This document shows positions 1 to 10,979 of a DNA stretch of 36,059 nt, one piece after another; the first letter of the stretch is position 1, and each line of letters starts with the position of its first letter. The stretch lies in contig NC_068990.1 in assembly GCF_001194135.2 (NCBI RefSeq), positions 73,074,232 through 73,110,290 on the forward strand, in the 5' to 3' direction. Under the pieces are notes generated by a model. It saw nothing but the letters and a program-made list of their open reading frames with translations. It did no database searches and was not told the origin of the DNA. A program made the position numbers and the translations under genes. The stretch comes from Octopus bimaculoides. Lineage: Eukaryota.

Positions 1-138
1 CTTCCTGATCCATGTTTGCAGTTCGGTGAGTGAGACAAGCTGCGGGAAGGCGTGCCTCACAAATGGCGCCCACACCTGTTCACCGTCGTCAATGAAGTTC
101 CAGAGATGCCGCAGTCTCAGCGCATGTCTGCGCATCAT
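1..138 (-). mobile_element. 5'-truncated fragment of a Tx1/L1-clade non-LTR retrotransposon ORF2 (post-RT region), continuing out of the window
   Basis: GC-rich island with an open minus-strand frame 138->1: MMRRHALRLRHLWNFIDDGEQVWAPFVRHAFPQLVSLTELQTWIRK. This resembles the 'AL.L..LW.F......W' motif that follows the GGLG motif in L1/Tx1 ORF2. It abuts a (TA)n/(GATA)n array. Confidence 0.6.
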
Positions 139-140
139 GG

Positions 141-152
141 ATATATATATAT

Positions 153-214
<62 letters not shown>

Positions 215-219
215 GGATG

Positions 220-252
<33 letters not shown>

Positions 253-259
253 CTAAATG

Positions 260-315
<56 letters not shown>

Positions 316-331
316 CATACATACATACATA
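141..331. repeat. Compound microsatellite (TA)n-(GATA)n-(CATA)n
   Basis: Directly visible tandem repeats. Confidence 0.98.
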
Positions 332-371
332 CAATGAGTGCAAAACAATGATAGAAGAATTCAAGAATAAT

Positions 372-635
372 CATGATGATTATAATAATGATGATGTGGA
401 TGATGATGATGATGGCATCTATAACAAAAATAATGATGACTAATCGCCATGATGGTTATGACCGTGAGAATGGTGATAGTAATGGTAGTGTCGGTGATCA
501 TAACCATGATGATTATGATGGTGATGATGTTGAGGATGAACTGACAGTGGTGGTGGTGGTGGTGGTGGTGGTGATGGTGGTGGCATTGGGGGATGTTGGT
601 AATGGTGAATGTGACAATAATGATGACAATGTATA
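372..635. repeat. Degenerate (GAT)n/(GGT)n trinucleotide low-complexity tract
   Basis: Visible GAT/GGT repeats; source of the poly-His/Pro/Val ORF artefacts. Confidence 0.9.
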
Positions 636-833
636 AAAAAAAGGAAAGAAACAAAACAAGACAAAAAATAAAATAGAATAAAACGATATAAAATGAAATA
701 AAACAATTAACCAGTCCATTACATTATTCAACATGAAAAATATAGTTTTCTTTAAGAAAGACTTCTTTTTCTTACTGCAGAGAAAAATAAATAAGCCCTT
801 TTCATCTGTAGAATTCTAGGAATTTCTTCAAGA

Positions 834-835
<2 letters not shown>

Positions 836-901
<66 letters not shown>
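836..901. repeat. (CA)n microsatellite running into a gap
   Basis: Directly visible. Confidence 0.98.
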
Positions 902-1110
902 NNNNNNNNNNNNNNNNNNNNNNNNNNNNNNNNNNNNNNNNNNNNNNNNNNNNNNNNNNNNNNNNNNNNNNNNNNNNNNNNNNNNNNNNNNNNNNNNNNN
1001 NNNNNNNNNNNNNNNNNNNNNNNNNNNNNNNNNNNNNNNNNNNNNNNNNNNNNNNNNNNNNNNNNNNNNNNNNNNNNNNNNNNNNNNNNNNNNNNNNNNN
1101 NNNNNNNNNN
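902..1110. other. Assembly gap (further gaps at 10483-10941, 12051-12060, 20512-21027, 21890-22296, 27062-27538, 28767-28972, 33222-33560)
   Basis: N runs, mostly flanked by microsatellites or inverted repeats. Confidence 0.99.
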
Positions 1111-1356
1111 NATGTATGTATAAAACGAACAAACTATAAGCAAGATAATTGTATCCTTGAAAACTATCTTGATAGCTTAATTTGCTTCTAATCTACCTTA
1201 CTGTATATTTATTTATTTATTTATTTATTTATTCATTCATTCATTTATTTATTTGATGATACTCTATACAGCTTTGCTTGTAGTCCCTCATTTTTAGCTG
1301 CTTTTATTAGGATTTCATCTTATTTTAGGTTGATTATTATCATCATCATCATCATC

Positions 1357-1389
<33 letters not shown>

Positions 1390-1917
1390 TGGAAAAAAAT
1401 TAGATAACTTAGCACAAAATATCTCAATTTCACTTGAATTTTTAGTTTTCGTTTTATTTTATTTTATTTATTTATTTATTTATTTATTTATTTTCTTAGG
1501 TTTATCCCCATTAAACAGTTTTTATGTTATTCCATTATAGAAAATTCTCAAACCATTTTCATGAAGTACATTTTTCTGAAATCTGTGTTCAGGTGATTTT
1601 TATTATATTTTCTTTTAAGTTTCCTTTCACTACTTGAAGAAATATCTTCTGTTAGGTTTCTAATCTCTCTCCCGGTTCTCTTTGTTTATTTGTTCATATG
1701 TTTTTTTTTTAAATTTTCTTCTGGATTTTTATAACTTCAACTTTTTTTGCTGTTGATATGGTCAGTTGGTTCTAAATTTGATCTGTTGTTTTCGTTTAAC
1801 CCATGGTCCACACTTAACAAGCAGACTCTGACTGATGTTTTAAATGTAAATCCCATTGAAGTCAACTTCACTTCTCATCCTTTCCCATCTGATAAACAAA
1901 AGTGACCAACCAATCCA

Positions 1918-2020
1918 GGGTGGTAGATTGGCAAAAGTGTAAGAACATTGGACTGGATGTTTCGTGGTAGTTGTTCTGGTTCTGTGCAATGTGAGTTCAA
2001 ATTCTGCCATGGCCTACTTG
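1918..2020 (+). mobile_element. Degenerate head of SINE family B
   Basis: GGGTGGTAGATTGGCAAAAG...GAGTTCAAATTCTGCC matches the heads of the better-preserved family B copies. Confidence 0.5.
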
Positions 2021-2492
2021 GGCAGCAGACTGAAACTGTCATCTAGTTTAATCCATGTCTGTCATCCATCCTACCATAAATACTAGCTAGTTGCCTGGCA
2101 TGAATAAGGTCACCAAAAGCTGCAATATGAAAGGGATTTGAAAGGACACTCAAACTCCATCCACCTTCTGGGTAAACAAGGGATATGTTTGGATCTTAGG
2201 TAAAGGAGTCTGTTCAAAATTGTAGTCTTCACCCAATGCTGGTACCAGCAGCAATAAGCCTGAAACCTGTTCTGGGTGGTATTGGGTAGGAGCACAAAGG
2301 ACACATCTGGATTAATGGTAAGCTCAATCTCTCACCTGTCCTGAAGTGGACTCTGTTGCCAGTATCCAGGACAGGATACCTGCCTACTTCATTCTCACTA
2401 GTCTTGGAGGCCCTGCAATGCATCATGGGCACTATCTTCTAATCTGATTAAAAGATAAAAGAAAAAAATGTATTCCAGAAGTATTATAAGTT

Positions 2493-2652
2493 CAGATGTG
2501 GTTGTGTAGTAAAAAACTTGCTTCCCCAACCACATGGTTTCAGGTTCAATTCCACTGCTTTACACTTTGGGCAAGTGTCTTCTACTATAGCCTTGGGCCA
2601 ACCAAAGCCTTATGAATGGATTTGGTAGACAGAAGCTAAAAGAAGCCCATCG

Positions 2653-2695
<43 letters not shown>

Positions 2696-2930
2696 GTGTG
2701 TGTGTGTCTTTGATTGTGTGTTTGTCTCCCACCACCACTTGACAAGCAGTATTAGTGTGTTTATGTGCCTGTAACTTAGTGGTTCAGCAAAAGGAGACCA
2801 ATAGAATATGCATCAGGCTTAAAAAAATAATTAAGTATTAGGGTTGATTCATTCAACTAAAAATTCTTTAAGGCAGTGCCCCAGCATGGCTGTAATCTCA
2901 TGACTGAAATGAGTAAATGACAAAAGATAA
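2493..2930 (+). mobile_element. tRNA-derived SINE family A (bipartite, central microsatellite), near full length
   Basis: A box-like TGGTTGTGTAG, B box-like GGTTCAATTCC, body TTGGGCAAGTGTCTTCTACTATAGCC, internal (TA)n/(TG)n, tail CCAGCATGGC...GACTGAAA; shared with more than 10 copies in the window. Confidence 0.9.
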
Positions 2931-3651
2931 CTGCGATTATCTTATCGCTTTTGCAGACATAATTTATGTTAAAGTATATTAAGAAATATGTCCTTCCTTT
3001 TTTATCTTAAAAATCAAAGTTTGCAAAGTAAGTGATCTGAGATAAACTTGGCTGCTATTTTGCTATTCCTAGCAAGCTGAGGAACTGAACTAATTAGAGA
3101 CTCTTCCACTGGCTTGTTGACACTTAATTCATGGCCAATAGCCACACCATTGGAGTTAACATTCTATCACTTAGTAATAACCAATAAAATTCTGTTACAA
3201 AAGTTTTTATGTCAGAAAACCTTTTGCATCAAAGCAGTGTTATGAGCAACTGAGACACTTTACACAAATTTACATCGATTCCATGAACAGACGCCTTGAA
3301 AATAGTTCTCTAATGAAGTCATGCCAATCTTATCTCATTCAACAGCAGAGAAAAAAAGTTACTGCATTTAACACAAAAAAGCTATCGCACCTTCCCTCTA
3401 GACATAAGAAGCATTTTTCAAATGTTAGGTCTGGTTTCCACTGGAAATCTTTTCAGGCAAATGCAAATGCTTAACATAGCAAAGAACAGCACCTCTCAAA
3501 GTCTGCTTTTTTTATCTTCAGTACCAGAAAATAGTTTAATCGTCACCAACTTCTAATCCTTTACAAATCTACAATTTTAGATTCAGGTGAGATCCACAAA
3601 ATTCGTGTGTTGAAAGAAATACTAATGAACCTTGGGGAGGGGGAGGGGAGT

Positions 3652-3892
3652 TATGTGTGGCCAGATGTTAGGGGTGATGTGGTAGCAGAAATTGTCTGAC
3701 AGCCATGACTGGGTTCTCTTGATTGTGTGGCATGGTGCAGAGTCCTGTTGCTAGACATAGGGTCTTCCACCAGTCACCTTCTTGACCCAGAGCAGCACTA
3801 CCTCCACCAGGCAATTAATGTAGGCCTCTGTGTTGAGTGTGAGGCCATGTGAGAAGATGAAGAGGCAAAATGTCGCCATCACTAGTGATCAC
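3652..3892 (-). pseudogene. Tc1/mariner-superfamily transposase remnant (catalytic domain, maT/DD37D-like)
   Basis: Minus-strand translation VITSDGDILP/FIFSHGLTLNTEAYINCLVEVVLLWVKKVTGGRPYV*QQDSAPCHTIKRTQSWLSDNFCYHITPNIWP contains the second catalytic Asp motif QQDxAPxH and the WP of WPPNSPDLN. It has a stop at 3751-3753 and a frameshift. Confidence 0.85.
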
Positions 3893-3967
3893 TTTGCACA
3901 TTTACACATATATTGGGCATATGAGTTTGAGTAAAATTGTAATTGAGGTTTTAGGGTGGGTTGTTAT

Positions 3968-4375
3968 GGAGAGGTGGCTGTGTTGTAAGAAGCTTCCTTT
4001 CCAATGACATGGTTCTGGGTTCAGTCTCACTGTGTGACACTTAGGGAAAGTGTCTTTTACTATAGCCTTGGGCTGACCAAAGCTTTGTAAATGGATTTTG
4101 TAGACGGAAACTGAAAGAAGCTTGTTGTATATATGTATGTGTGTGTGTGTATGTTTTTCATGTCTGTGCTTGTCCACCACCTCTACTTGACAACTGGTGT
4201 TGGTGTGTTAACATCCCTGTAACTTAGCAGTCTGGCAAAAGAGACCAATAGAAAACCAAGCTTAAGAAAAGTATGTATTGGGGTTGATTCATTTGACTAG
4301 AAATTCTTCAAGGTATTGCTCCAGCATGGCCACAATCTGATGAATGAATGAAACAAGTAAATGAAAGAAGATAAA
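3968..4375 (+). mobile_element. SINE family A, full length
   Basis: Same head, body, central microsatellite and tail as 2493-2930. Confidence 0.9.
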
Positions 4376-5370
4376 ACACACACACACACACACATTTATA
4401 TATTGAATGCATACACAGAGCATTTATATGCAATATTCTTCCTAAGGCACTAATTACTGAGCTGACATTGAAACTTATTTCTTCAGTTACACCATGCTTT
4501 GTCGGTATCTGAGCATTTAGAATAGTAATATTTCTATCTGTAAGCTTGTTGTTAGAATTTAGTTTGGTTTACTGACAGATCTATACTTCTGTAATTATGT
4601 TATTCTTTATAGCCTTTTTTTATTATACTTATTACTTCTCATTCTCTCTCTTTCTTTCTCACTCTCACTCTCACTCTTTTTTTCTCATTCTTTCCCCACA
4701 CTCACACATAGATAGACACAAAGATCTTTAATAATATTGCTTTGATACATACACATAGTCATATACAAATGTATGTGTGTGTGTATGTGTGTGTGTGTTT
4801 GTGTGTAGAATGAAATTGATAGATAGATAGATAGACAGATAGGAAACGATGAGTGCCAAACAATGATGGGAGAATTCAGAAATAATTGTGATGATTATAA
4901 TAATGATGATAATGATATTTCAGAGGAATTTAGATGTTTAAGCATGTGAATTTGTGCATGTTCATGTGTGTGTAAGTATCGGTGGAATACCACTTGTGCA
5001 TATTATATATACATAAATACATACATAGACAAATACACACACACATGCACATCAAGTAGATAGGTACTCAAAACTTGTTCATGATAACAAATAAAAGGAT
5101 AATAGGGAAGCCTCACAGATTAAAACAGTGGGAACATGTATTTTTCATCTGTCCATTGTAAATGATGGCACAGCTGTTGATTTCTTAGCTTTAATGTGTA
5201 CAGAAACCAAAGTCTAATATTGACAATTTTGCTATAATGATACATATAGTTTTATTTTTCAATATTGATTTCTTTTGACTTGGTAATACAAGGTCACATC
5301 TGCAAAGATATTGTAGTTTTGAGACTTTTTTAGCTATTATTATCACTATGATTATTATTTTTATTATTAA

Positions 5371-5589
5371 GGTGGCAAGCTGGCAAAATTGTTAGCATGC
5401 TGAGTGAAATGCTTAGCGGCATTTCATCTGTTGCTATGTTCTGAGTACAAATTCCACCAAAGTTGACTTTGCTGTTCATCCTTTTGGGATGGTCAATAAA
5501 ATAAGTACCAGCTGAACACTGAAGTCGATGTAATTAACTCATCCCCTCCCCCAAAATTGTTACCCTTGTCACAAAATTTCAAACCTTTA
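5371..5589 (+). mobile_element. tRNA-derived SINE family B
   Basis: GGTGGCAAGCTGGCAAAA head, B box-like GAGTACAAATTCC, central GACTTTGCTGTTCATCCTTT...ATAAAATAAGTACCAG. Confidence 0.88.
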
Positions 5590-5593
5590 TTAA

Positions 5594-5713
5594 CCCTTTG
5601 AGCTCTGACCTCCCGAACCTTATTTTACCACTGGTGCTACAGTATAGAACAGTGCTACGGTATAGAGAAAAATAAACCATCCATCAGTAAACTGGTGTTA
5701 TGGGCTCAAAGGG
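5594..5713. mobile_element. 120-bp piggyBac-type MITE
   Basis: TIRs CCCTTTGAGC / GCTCAAAGGG flanked by TTAA (5590-5593 and 5714-5717), the piggyBac TSD and terminal signature. Confidence 0.8.
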
Positions 5714-5717
5714 TTAA

Positions 5718-5935
5718 GGTGATGAGCTGGAAAAATCACTAGCACACTGGGTGAAATGCTTAGTGGCATTTCATCTGTTGTTACGTTCTGAGTTCAAATT
5801 CTGCTGAGGTTGACTTTGCCTTTCATACTTTTGGGGTGGTCGATAAAATATACACCAGTTGAGCACTGGGGTTGATGTAATCAACTTAGTCCCTTCTTCA
5901 AAATTGTTGGTCTTGTGCCAAAATTTGAAATCATT
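5718..5935 (+). mobile_element. SINE family B with (ATT)n tail
   Basis: GGTGATGAGCTGG head, GAGTTCAAATTC B box, GACTTTGCCTTTCATA core, followed by (ATT)n 5936-6027. Confidence 0.9.
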
Positions 5936-5939
5936 ATTA

Positions 5940-6027
<88 letters not shown>

Positions 6028-6514
6028 GGTGTGAGAGAACAGCTTGTGCCATCAAAGTGACTCTAGGGTACAAATATATGAAGCCAAATATACCCATTAT
6101 TACTACCTATCTGGTAAGGGTACACAAGGTATATGAGTCCCAACCATATGTGCATGACATAGTGATCTCATATCAAGGTAAATAGTACATGACCTTGCAG
6201 GTGGGGCCCAGTTAGAATTTACTTGAGGTTAAGTAGCTCATCCCATACAAAAGGGCCCCTGAATGAGGGTTGTTTAAGGATGATGAATGAAACACCCATG
6301 TTTCCAAAGGTAAATTATTCAAATCCCAAAAACTTCCTCTCAACACATGGCAATGATGCTCCTCCACTACTTCTCCTCATGATCAGAGATGCACATATCA
6401 TCAGTCACCAAGGGTTGTGCTCAACTTGTTAAGGTCAAACAATGTACACAATAACACTTCCAATTAGTTAAGATCAGAAGCCATGAGAGCCACTGCTTGG
6501 TATTGCATCAGGGC

Positions 6515-6516
<2 letters not shown>
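6028..6516 (-). mobile_element. Unclassified interspersed repeat bounded on both sides by (ATT)n
   Basis: GC-richer ~490-bp block between two (ATT)n arrays. It resembles a dispersed octopus repeat from memory; there is no second copy in the window. Confidence 0.4.
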
Positions 6517-6551
<35 letters not shown>

Positions 6552-7849
6552 ATTATTATCATTGGTACTTATTTCTCCTTTGTTCTGACAGTTGTAAGTA
6601 CATGTGATAGATAATGACCATATATGTGGGAAGAAGCAGGATGTAACAAAAACCAATCAGATGTGAGACTATTGGGCCTTACACACAAACGTACAAAAGG
6701 CATGTTGATATTCTGACTAATGCTAGCATTAGTGGGTGTGAAGAAAAAGAAGAACTAAAAAAAAAAATTACAAAATAAATGTAAAATAAGGATGACAGTA
6801 ATGAAAATAATCATGAGAATGCGGTAGTATTATAATAATGATGATAATAGTGATGGCGATGACGCTAGTGGTGATGATGCTGATGGTAGTGGTGCTGCTA
6901 TTTTATCACACCATGAGAGATGAAGAACAAAGTCAACCAACTGGTAGCCATATTAATTTGGTACAAGGCGATGTCACATAGACTGCTTTCTCCTCAACTT
7001 GACCAGCATAACAAATGCGTACATTTTGAGGTAAAACTGGGTCACATCTGCCAAATCAGAGATTTAAATGATCTTGCTTTGATAAAATTTCTTGCCTGAA
7101 TGAGCTCTTTGACTATAAATGTTATCCGATAGCCTCTCAGAAGTAAGTTATAAAGAATTATCACCCAGATTAACTTTCTTCATTCTTCTAATGCAACCTT
7201 GATTTGTTCTTAATATCACTGCTCTACCATTATGGCATATCTTAAAAGAAGGAATCTAGTTCAGCCACTTTCTTTGATGAATATATTTCCAGTCTTAAAT
7301 TACCTTGGCCGATTATTATAACAAACATTAGTTGATAAAAGAAGAACTCTCTTTAACTATGATTTATTCTATGAATTTCAGTTCCTCTTGCTTGTTAATT
7401 ATTCTATAGAGAATGTCCTTTAAGTTTTTCTTTTAATCTGTATAATCCACTCCTAGAATCCCTTATCTTTAGTAACTTTCACAGAGTGGATGGACCAGCT
7501 ATTTGCATTCTTTGCTTGTTATACTGCTATTCCGAGCAAGTTTTTCACCCTTGCAATTCTATGTACTTTGGGAATTCTAACAAAGATTTCAAGATATAAA
7601 TCTTCCATCAAAGGGTTACAAAATATTAAAAATCAAGAAATACTATCTTTTATTTATTTATTTATTTATTTATCTATTTGTTTGTTTGTTTTTGGTTAGC
7701 CTACTTCTTTCCTATTATTTGGGTAAAAATTATATTAACGTTTGATGTCCTAAAATATGTTGATATGTATTCTCTTAATGTTCTAAATATAGCAATGTGT
7801 ATTTCCTTTGAAATATCTATCAAAGAATATTTTATTCATTCTAAGAACA

Positions 7850-7985
7850 GTGGTGATTGCTGGGATAGTAATGGACTAAATTAAATGCATAGCATAGTTT
7901 AATTTCATCTTGTTTGTTTCTCAGTTCAAATCTTGCTGTGGCTGGCTTTGTCTTTCAATCCTTACTATAAAACAAGCACCAGTAA
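7850..7985 (+). mobile_element. Highly degenerate SINE family B
   Basis: CAGTTCAAATCTTGCTG...GGCTTTGTCTTTCAATCC...ATAAAACAAGCACCAG aligns to the family B core. Confidence 0.5.
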
Positions 7986-8150
7986 TTTACTGAGTGAATT
8001 AAATAGCATCTTCATAAAGAAATTAGTCATTTTCTCAATGAAATTAATATTTTATTAATTCTACTGAAATAGATAATTTATTTATTTTACTCTTGACAGA
8101 AAAAAAATAATAATAATTTTGTCTGTTAGAAAAATATCTTTTATACACGT

Positions 8151-8540
8151 GCAGGTGTGGCTGTGTGGCTAGGAAGTATGCATTCCAACCACATGATCCT
8201 AGGTTCAGTTCAGTACCACGGTATGGCATCTTGGGCAAGTGCCTCAAGCCAACCAAAGCTTTGTGAGTGGAAACTAAAAGAAACCCATTGTATAACGTGT
8301 GTGTGTGTGTGTGCGTGTGCATGTGTGTGTGTGTGTGAGTTTATGTTTGTCCCTCACCACCACTTGACAACTAGCGTTGGTTTGTTTATGCTTCCATAAC
8401 TCAGTGATAGAATAAGTACCAAACTTTAAAAAAAATAATAAAAGTACTGGGAGGTGATTTATTTGATTAATTCCTTCAAGACAGCACCTCAGCATGGCTG
8501 CAGGCAAATGACTGAAACAAGTAAAAATAAATAAATAAAT
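8151..8540 (+). mobile_element. SINE family A, full length
   Basis: GCAGGTGTGGCTGTGTGG head, TTGGGCAAGTG, central (TG)n, CAGCATGGCTGC...GACTGAAACAAGTAAAA tail. Confidence 0.9.
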
Positions 8541-8781
8541 AACTAAAAATATATATATAAAGAAAAATATAAACTAATCAATAACTATTATGAAAAGTAA
8601 AATAAAACAAACAATGACTATTATAATCATCTGTGATTAGAGGTTTTTGCTTATTAACTCTAAAAAACATTATATTTAGATTCTTTTGTTTTTAATCATG
8701 AGAATTTTAATAATGTGTATCCAGCTGACCTATACATATTTTTCACTGAAGAAAACTTAATTTATTATTAAAAAAAGCAAA

Positions 8782-9005
8782 AGGCAGCAAGTTGGCAGAA
8801 CTGTTAGCACACTGGATAAAAATGTTTAATGGCATTTCTTTTGGCTAAGTGTTCTGAGTTCAATTTCTGCCGAGGTCGACTTTGTCTGTAATTCCTTTGG
8901 GGTTGATAAAATAAGTACCAGTCAAGTACTGGAGGCAATGTCATACGATAATTGAATAGCCCCTCCTCCAAACTTTCAGGCTCTGTGCCTATTAGCAGAA
9001 AAGAT
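8782..9005 (+). mobile_element. SINE family B (first of a tandem pair)
   Basis: GGCAGCAAGTTGGCAGAA head, GAGTTCAATTTC, GTCGACTTTG, GATAAAATAAGTACCAG. Confidence 0.88.
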
Positions 9006-9021
9006 TAATAAAAAGGCAAAA

Positions 9022-9245
9022 AGGTGGTGAGCTGGCAGAATCGTTAGCACTCTAAACGAAATGCTTAGCAGCATTCTTCTCACTCTTTACATTCTGAGTT
9101 CAAATTCTGCCAAGGCTAACTTTGTCTTTCATCCTTTCAATGTAGATAAAATTAGTACACTAGGTGAGTACTGGGGTTGATGTAATCCACTAGAGTTCCT
9201 TTTCCACAATTTCAGGTCTTGTGCCTATAGTAGAAAGAATTATTA
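9022..9245 (+). mobile_element. SINE family B (second of a tandem pair)
   Basis: GGTGGTGAGCTGGCAGAATCGTTAGCAC head through the CCTATAGTAGAAAG tail. Confidence 0.9.
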
Positions 9246-9521
9246 GAAAAGGTAAGAAATTCAGTCTAGCACCTTTATTACTGTTATGGGGATAATAATA
9301 ATAATAATGGAACACCCCTCTCACATGATGAGTGGTATGTGTAGTCATTACAAATACTGTGATGTCAAGAAGTCATGGTAGTCAGTCATAGATAGTCATG
9401 TCTTACTTGTCTAACTAACTATACTGTAATGCCAGAATGGACATTATAACAGTCTGACATTGGATTACAACAAGTACCTTCCAGCCTCACCCTTAAAAGA
9501 TATAAAAACAACATGCAAGAT

Positions 9522-9695
9522 GCAGGCACAACTGTTTGGTAAGAAGCTTGCTCCCCAACCATATGGTTCCAGGTTCAGTCCCATTGTGTGGTACCTTGGG
9601 CAAGTGTCTTCTACTATAGCCTCAGGCTGACCAAAGCCTTGTAAGTGGATTTAGTCAATGGAAACTGAAAGAAGCCCATCGTATATATATATATT
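9522..9695 (+). mobile_element. SINE family A, 5' half
   Basis: Head and body match; ends in the central (TA)n. Confidence 0.85.
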
Positions 9696-10294
9696 TATAA
9701 TACATTTAAAGTGAAGTTCAAACTGGCGCATAATGGAAAAATACTTTGAAAGTAAGGTGCCACTGAAATGTGAATACAAACGGAATAGAACAAGTTTTGC
9801 ATGGATTGGATCAGTAGTTATTGAGATATTTGAGGCTTTGGGGTATAAATACTCAAAACAGTGCATAATGGGAAAATACTCCAAAAATAACTTAACCCTG
9901 AAAGAGAAGAAACTCTAACCTTTCCATTAGACAAATTATGATGGGCAAAATATTTTAAAGTGAAAATGACCTTAAAAATACGGTAAATATTTCATAAAAG
10001 ATCCATTCATAATCTCAGTGTGAAATAGTTTTTTCCATAGGTTTCTTTTGAGTGCATTCAACATATCTCACCTCCAAAGATCTGGCTGCTATTTCTAGCA
10101 CGCCCTACCACCACATAACAGCTATTCACGATAAAGGACCCAAAATACCTGTTATGTGGTAGCCACGCGTGCAAGAAATATCAGGCAAATATTTCCTTTT
10201 CTGGAGAAAGGAGCTGTGTACACGTGATTTTGATGTCACATTTGTTGAATATGTTGTGCAAAATATTTTTAGGTGAAAATGACTTTGAAAATAC

Positions 10295-10482
10295 TCTTTA
10301 CTTTTTTACTCTTTTATCTGTTTCAGTCATTTGACTGCAGCCATGCTGGAGCACTGCCTTTAGTCAAACAAATCAACCCCAGAATTTAGTCTTCTTAAGC
10401 CTAATACTTATTCTATTGTTTTCTTTTGCCGAACTACTAAGTTATGGGATGTAAACACACCAGCATCAGTTGTCGAGTGATG
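10295..10482 (-). mobile_element. SINE family A, 3' half (remainder in gap)
   Basis: TGTTTCAGTCATTTGACTGCAGCCATGCTGG is the reverse complement of the family A tail. Confidence 0.88.
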
Positions 10483-10941
10483 NNNNNNNNNNNNNNNNNN
10501 NNNNNNNNNNNNNNNNNNNNNNNNNNNNNNNNNNNNNNNNNNNNNNNNNNNNNNNNNNNNNNNNNNNNNNNNNNNNNNNNNNNNNNNNNNNNNNNNNNNN
10601 NNNNNNNNNNNNNNNNNNNNNNNNNNNNNNNNNNNNNNNNNNNNNNNNNNNNNNNNNNNNNNNNNNNNNNNNNNNNNNNNNNNNNNNNNNNNNNNNNNNN
10701 NNNNNNNNNNNNNNNNNNNNNNNNNNNNNNNNNNNNNNNNNNNNNNNNNNNNNNNNNNNNNNNNNNNNNNNNNNNNNNNNNNNNNNNNNNNNNNNNNNNN
10801 NNNNNNNNNNNNNNNNNNNNNNNNNNNNNNNNNNNNNNNNNNNNNNNNNNNNNNNNNNNNNNNNNNNNNNNNNNNNNNNNNNNNNNNNNNNNNNNNNNNN
10901 NNNNNNNNNNNNNNNNNNNNNNNNNNNNNNNNNNNNNNNNN

Positions 10942-10979
<38 letters not shown>

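Noticed and set aside
11-31. TTTGCAG|TTCG|GTGAGT splice-like motif
   Set aside because: Lies inside the minus-strand LINE-like frame and is better explained as coincidence
89-734. ORF-track entries with SIYL, poly-His, poly-Met/Asp and poly-Pro repeats
   Set aside because: Translations of (GATA)n and (GAT/GGT)n microsatellites with no complex coding sequence
2110-2432. Two overlapping minus-strand ORFs (64 and 67 aa) in a GC-richer patch
   Set aside because: No recognisable domain or convincing splice sites; may be an old repeat but I cannot assign it
6570-6599. Acceptor-TT-GTAAGT, a putative 2-nt microexon (similar AG|AA|GTAAGT near 7140)
   Set aside because: Motif-only evidence, implausibly short, and expected by chance in AT-rich DNA
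5292-7052. Shared 12-mer GGTCACATCTGC giving CDLVLP/CDPVLP peptides
   Set aside because: 12-bp matches are expected many times by chance in a window this size, and the flanks do not align
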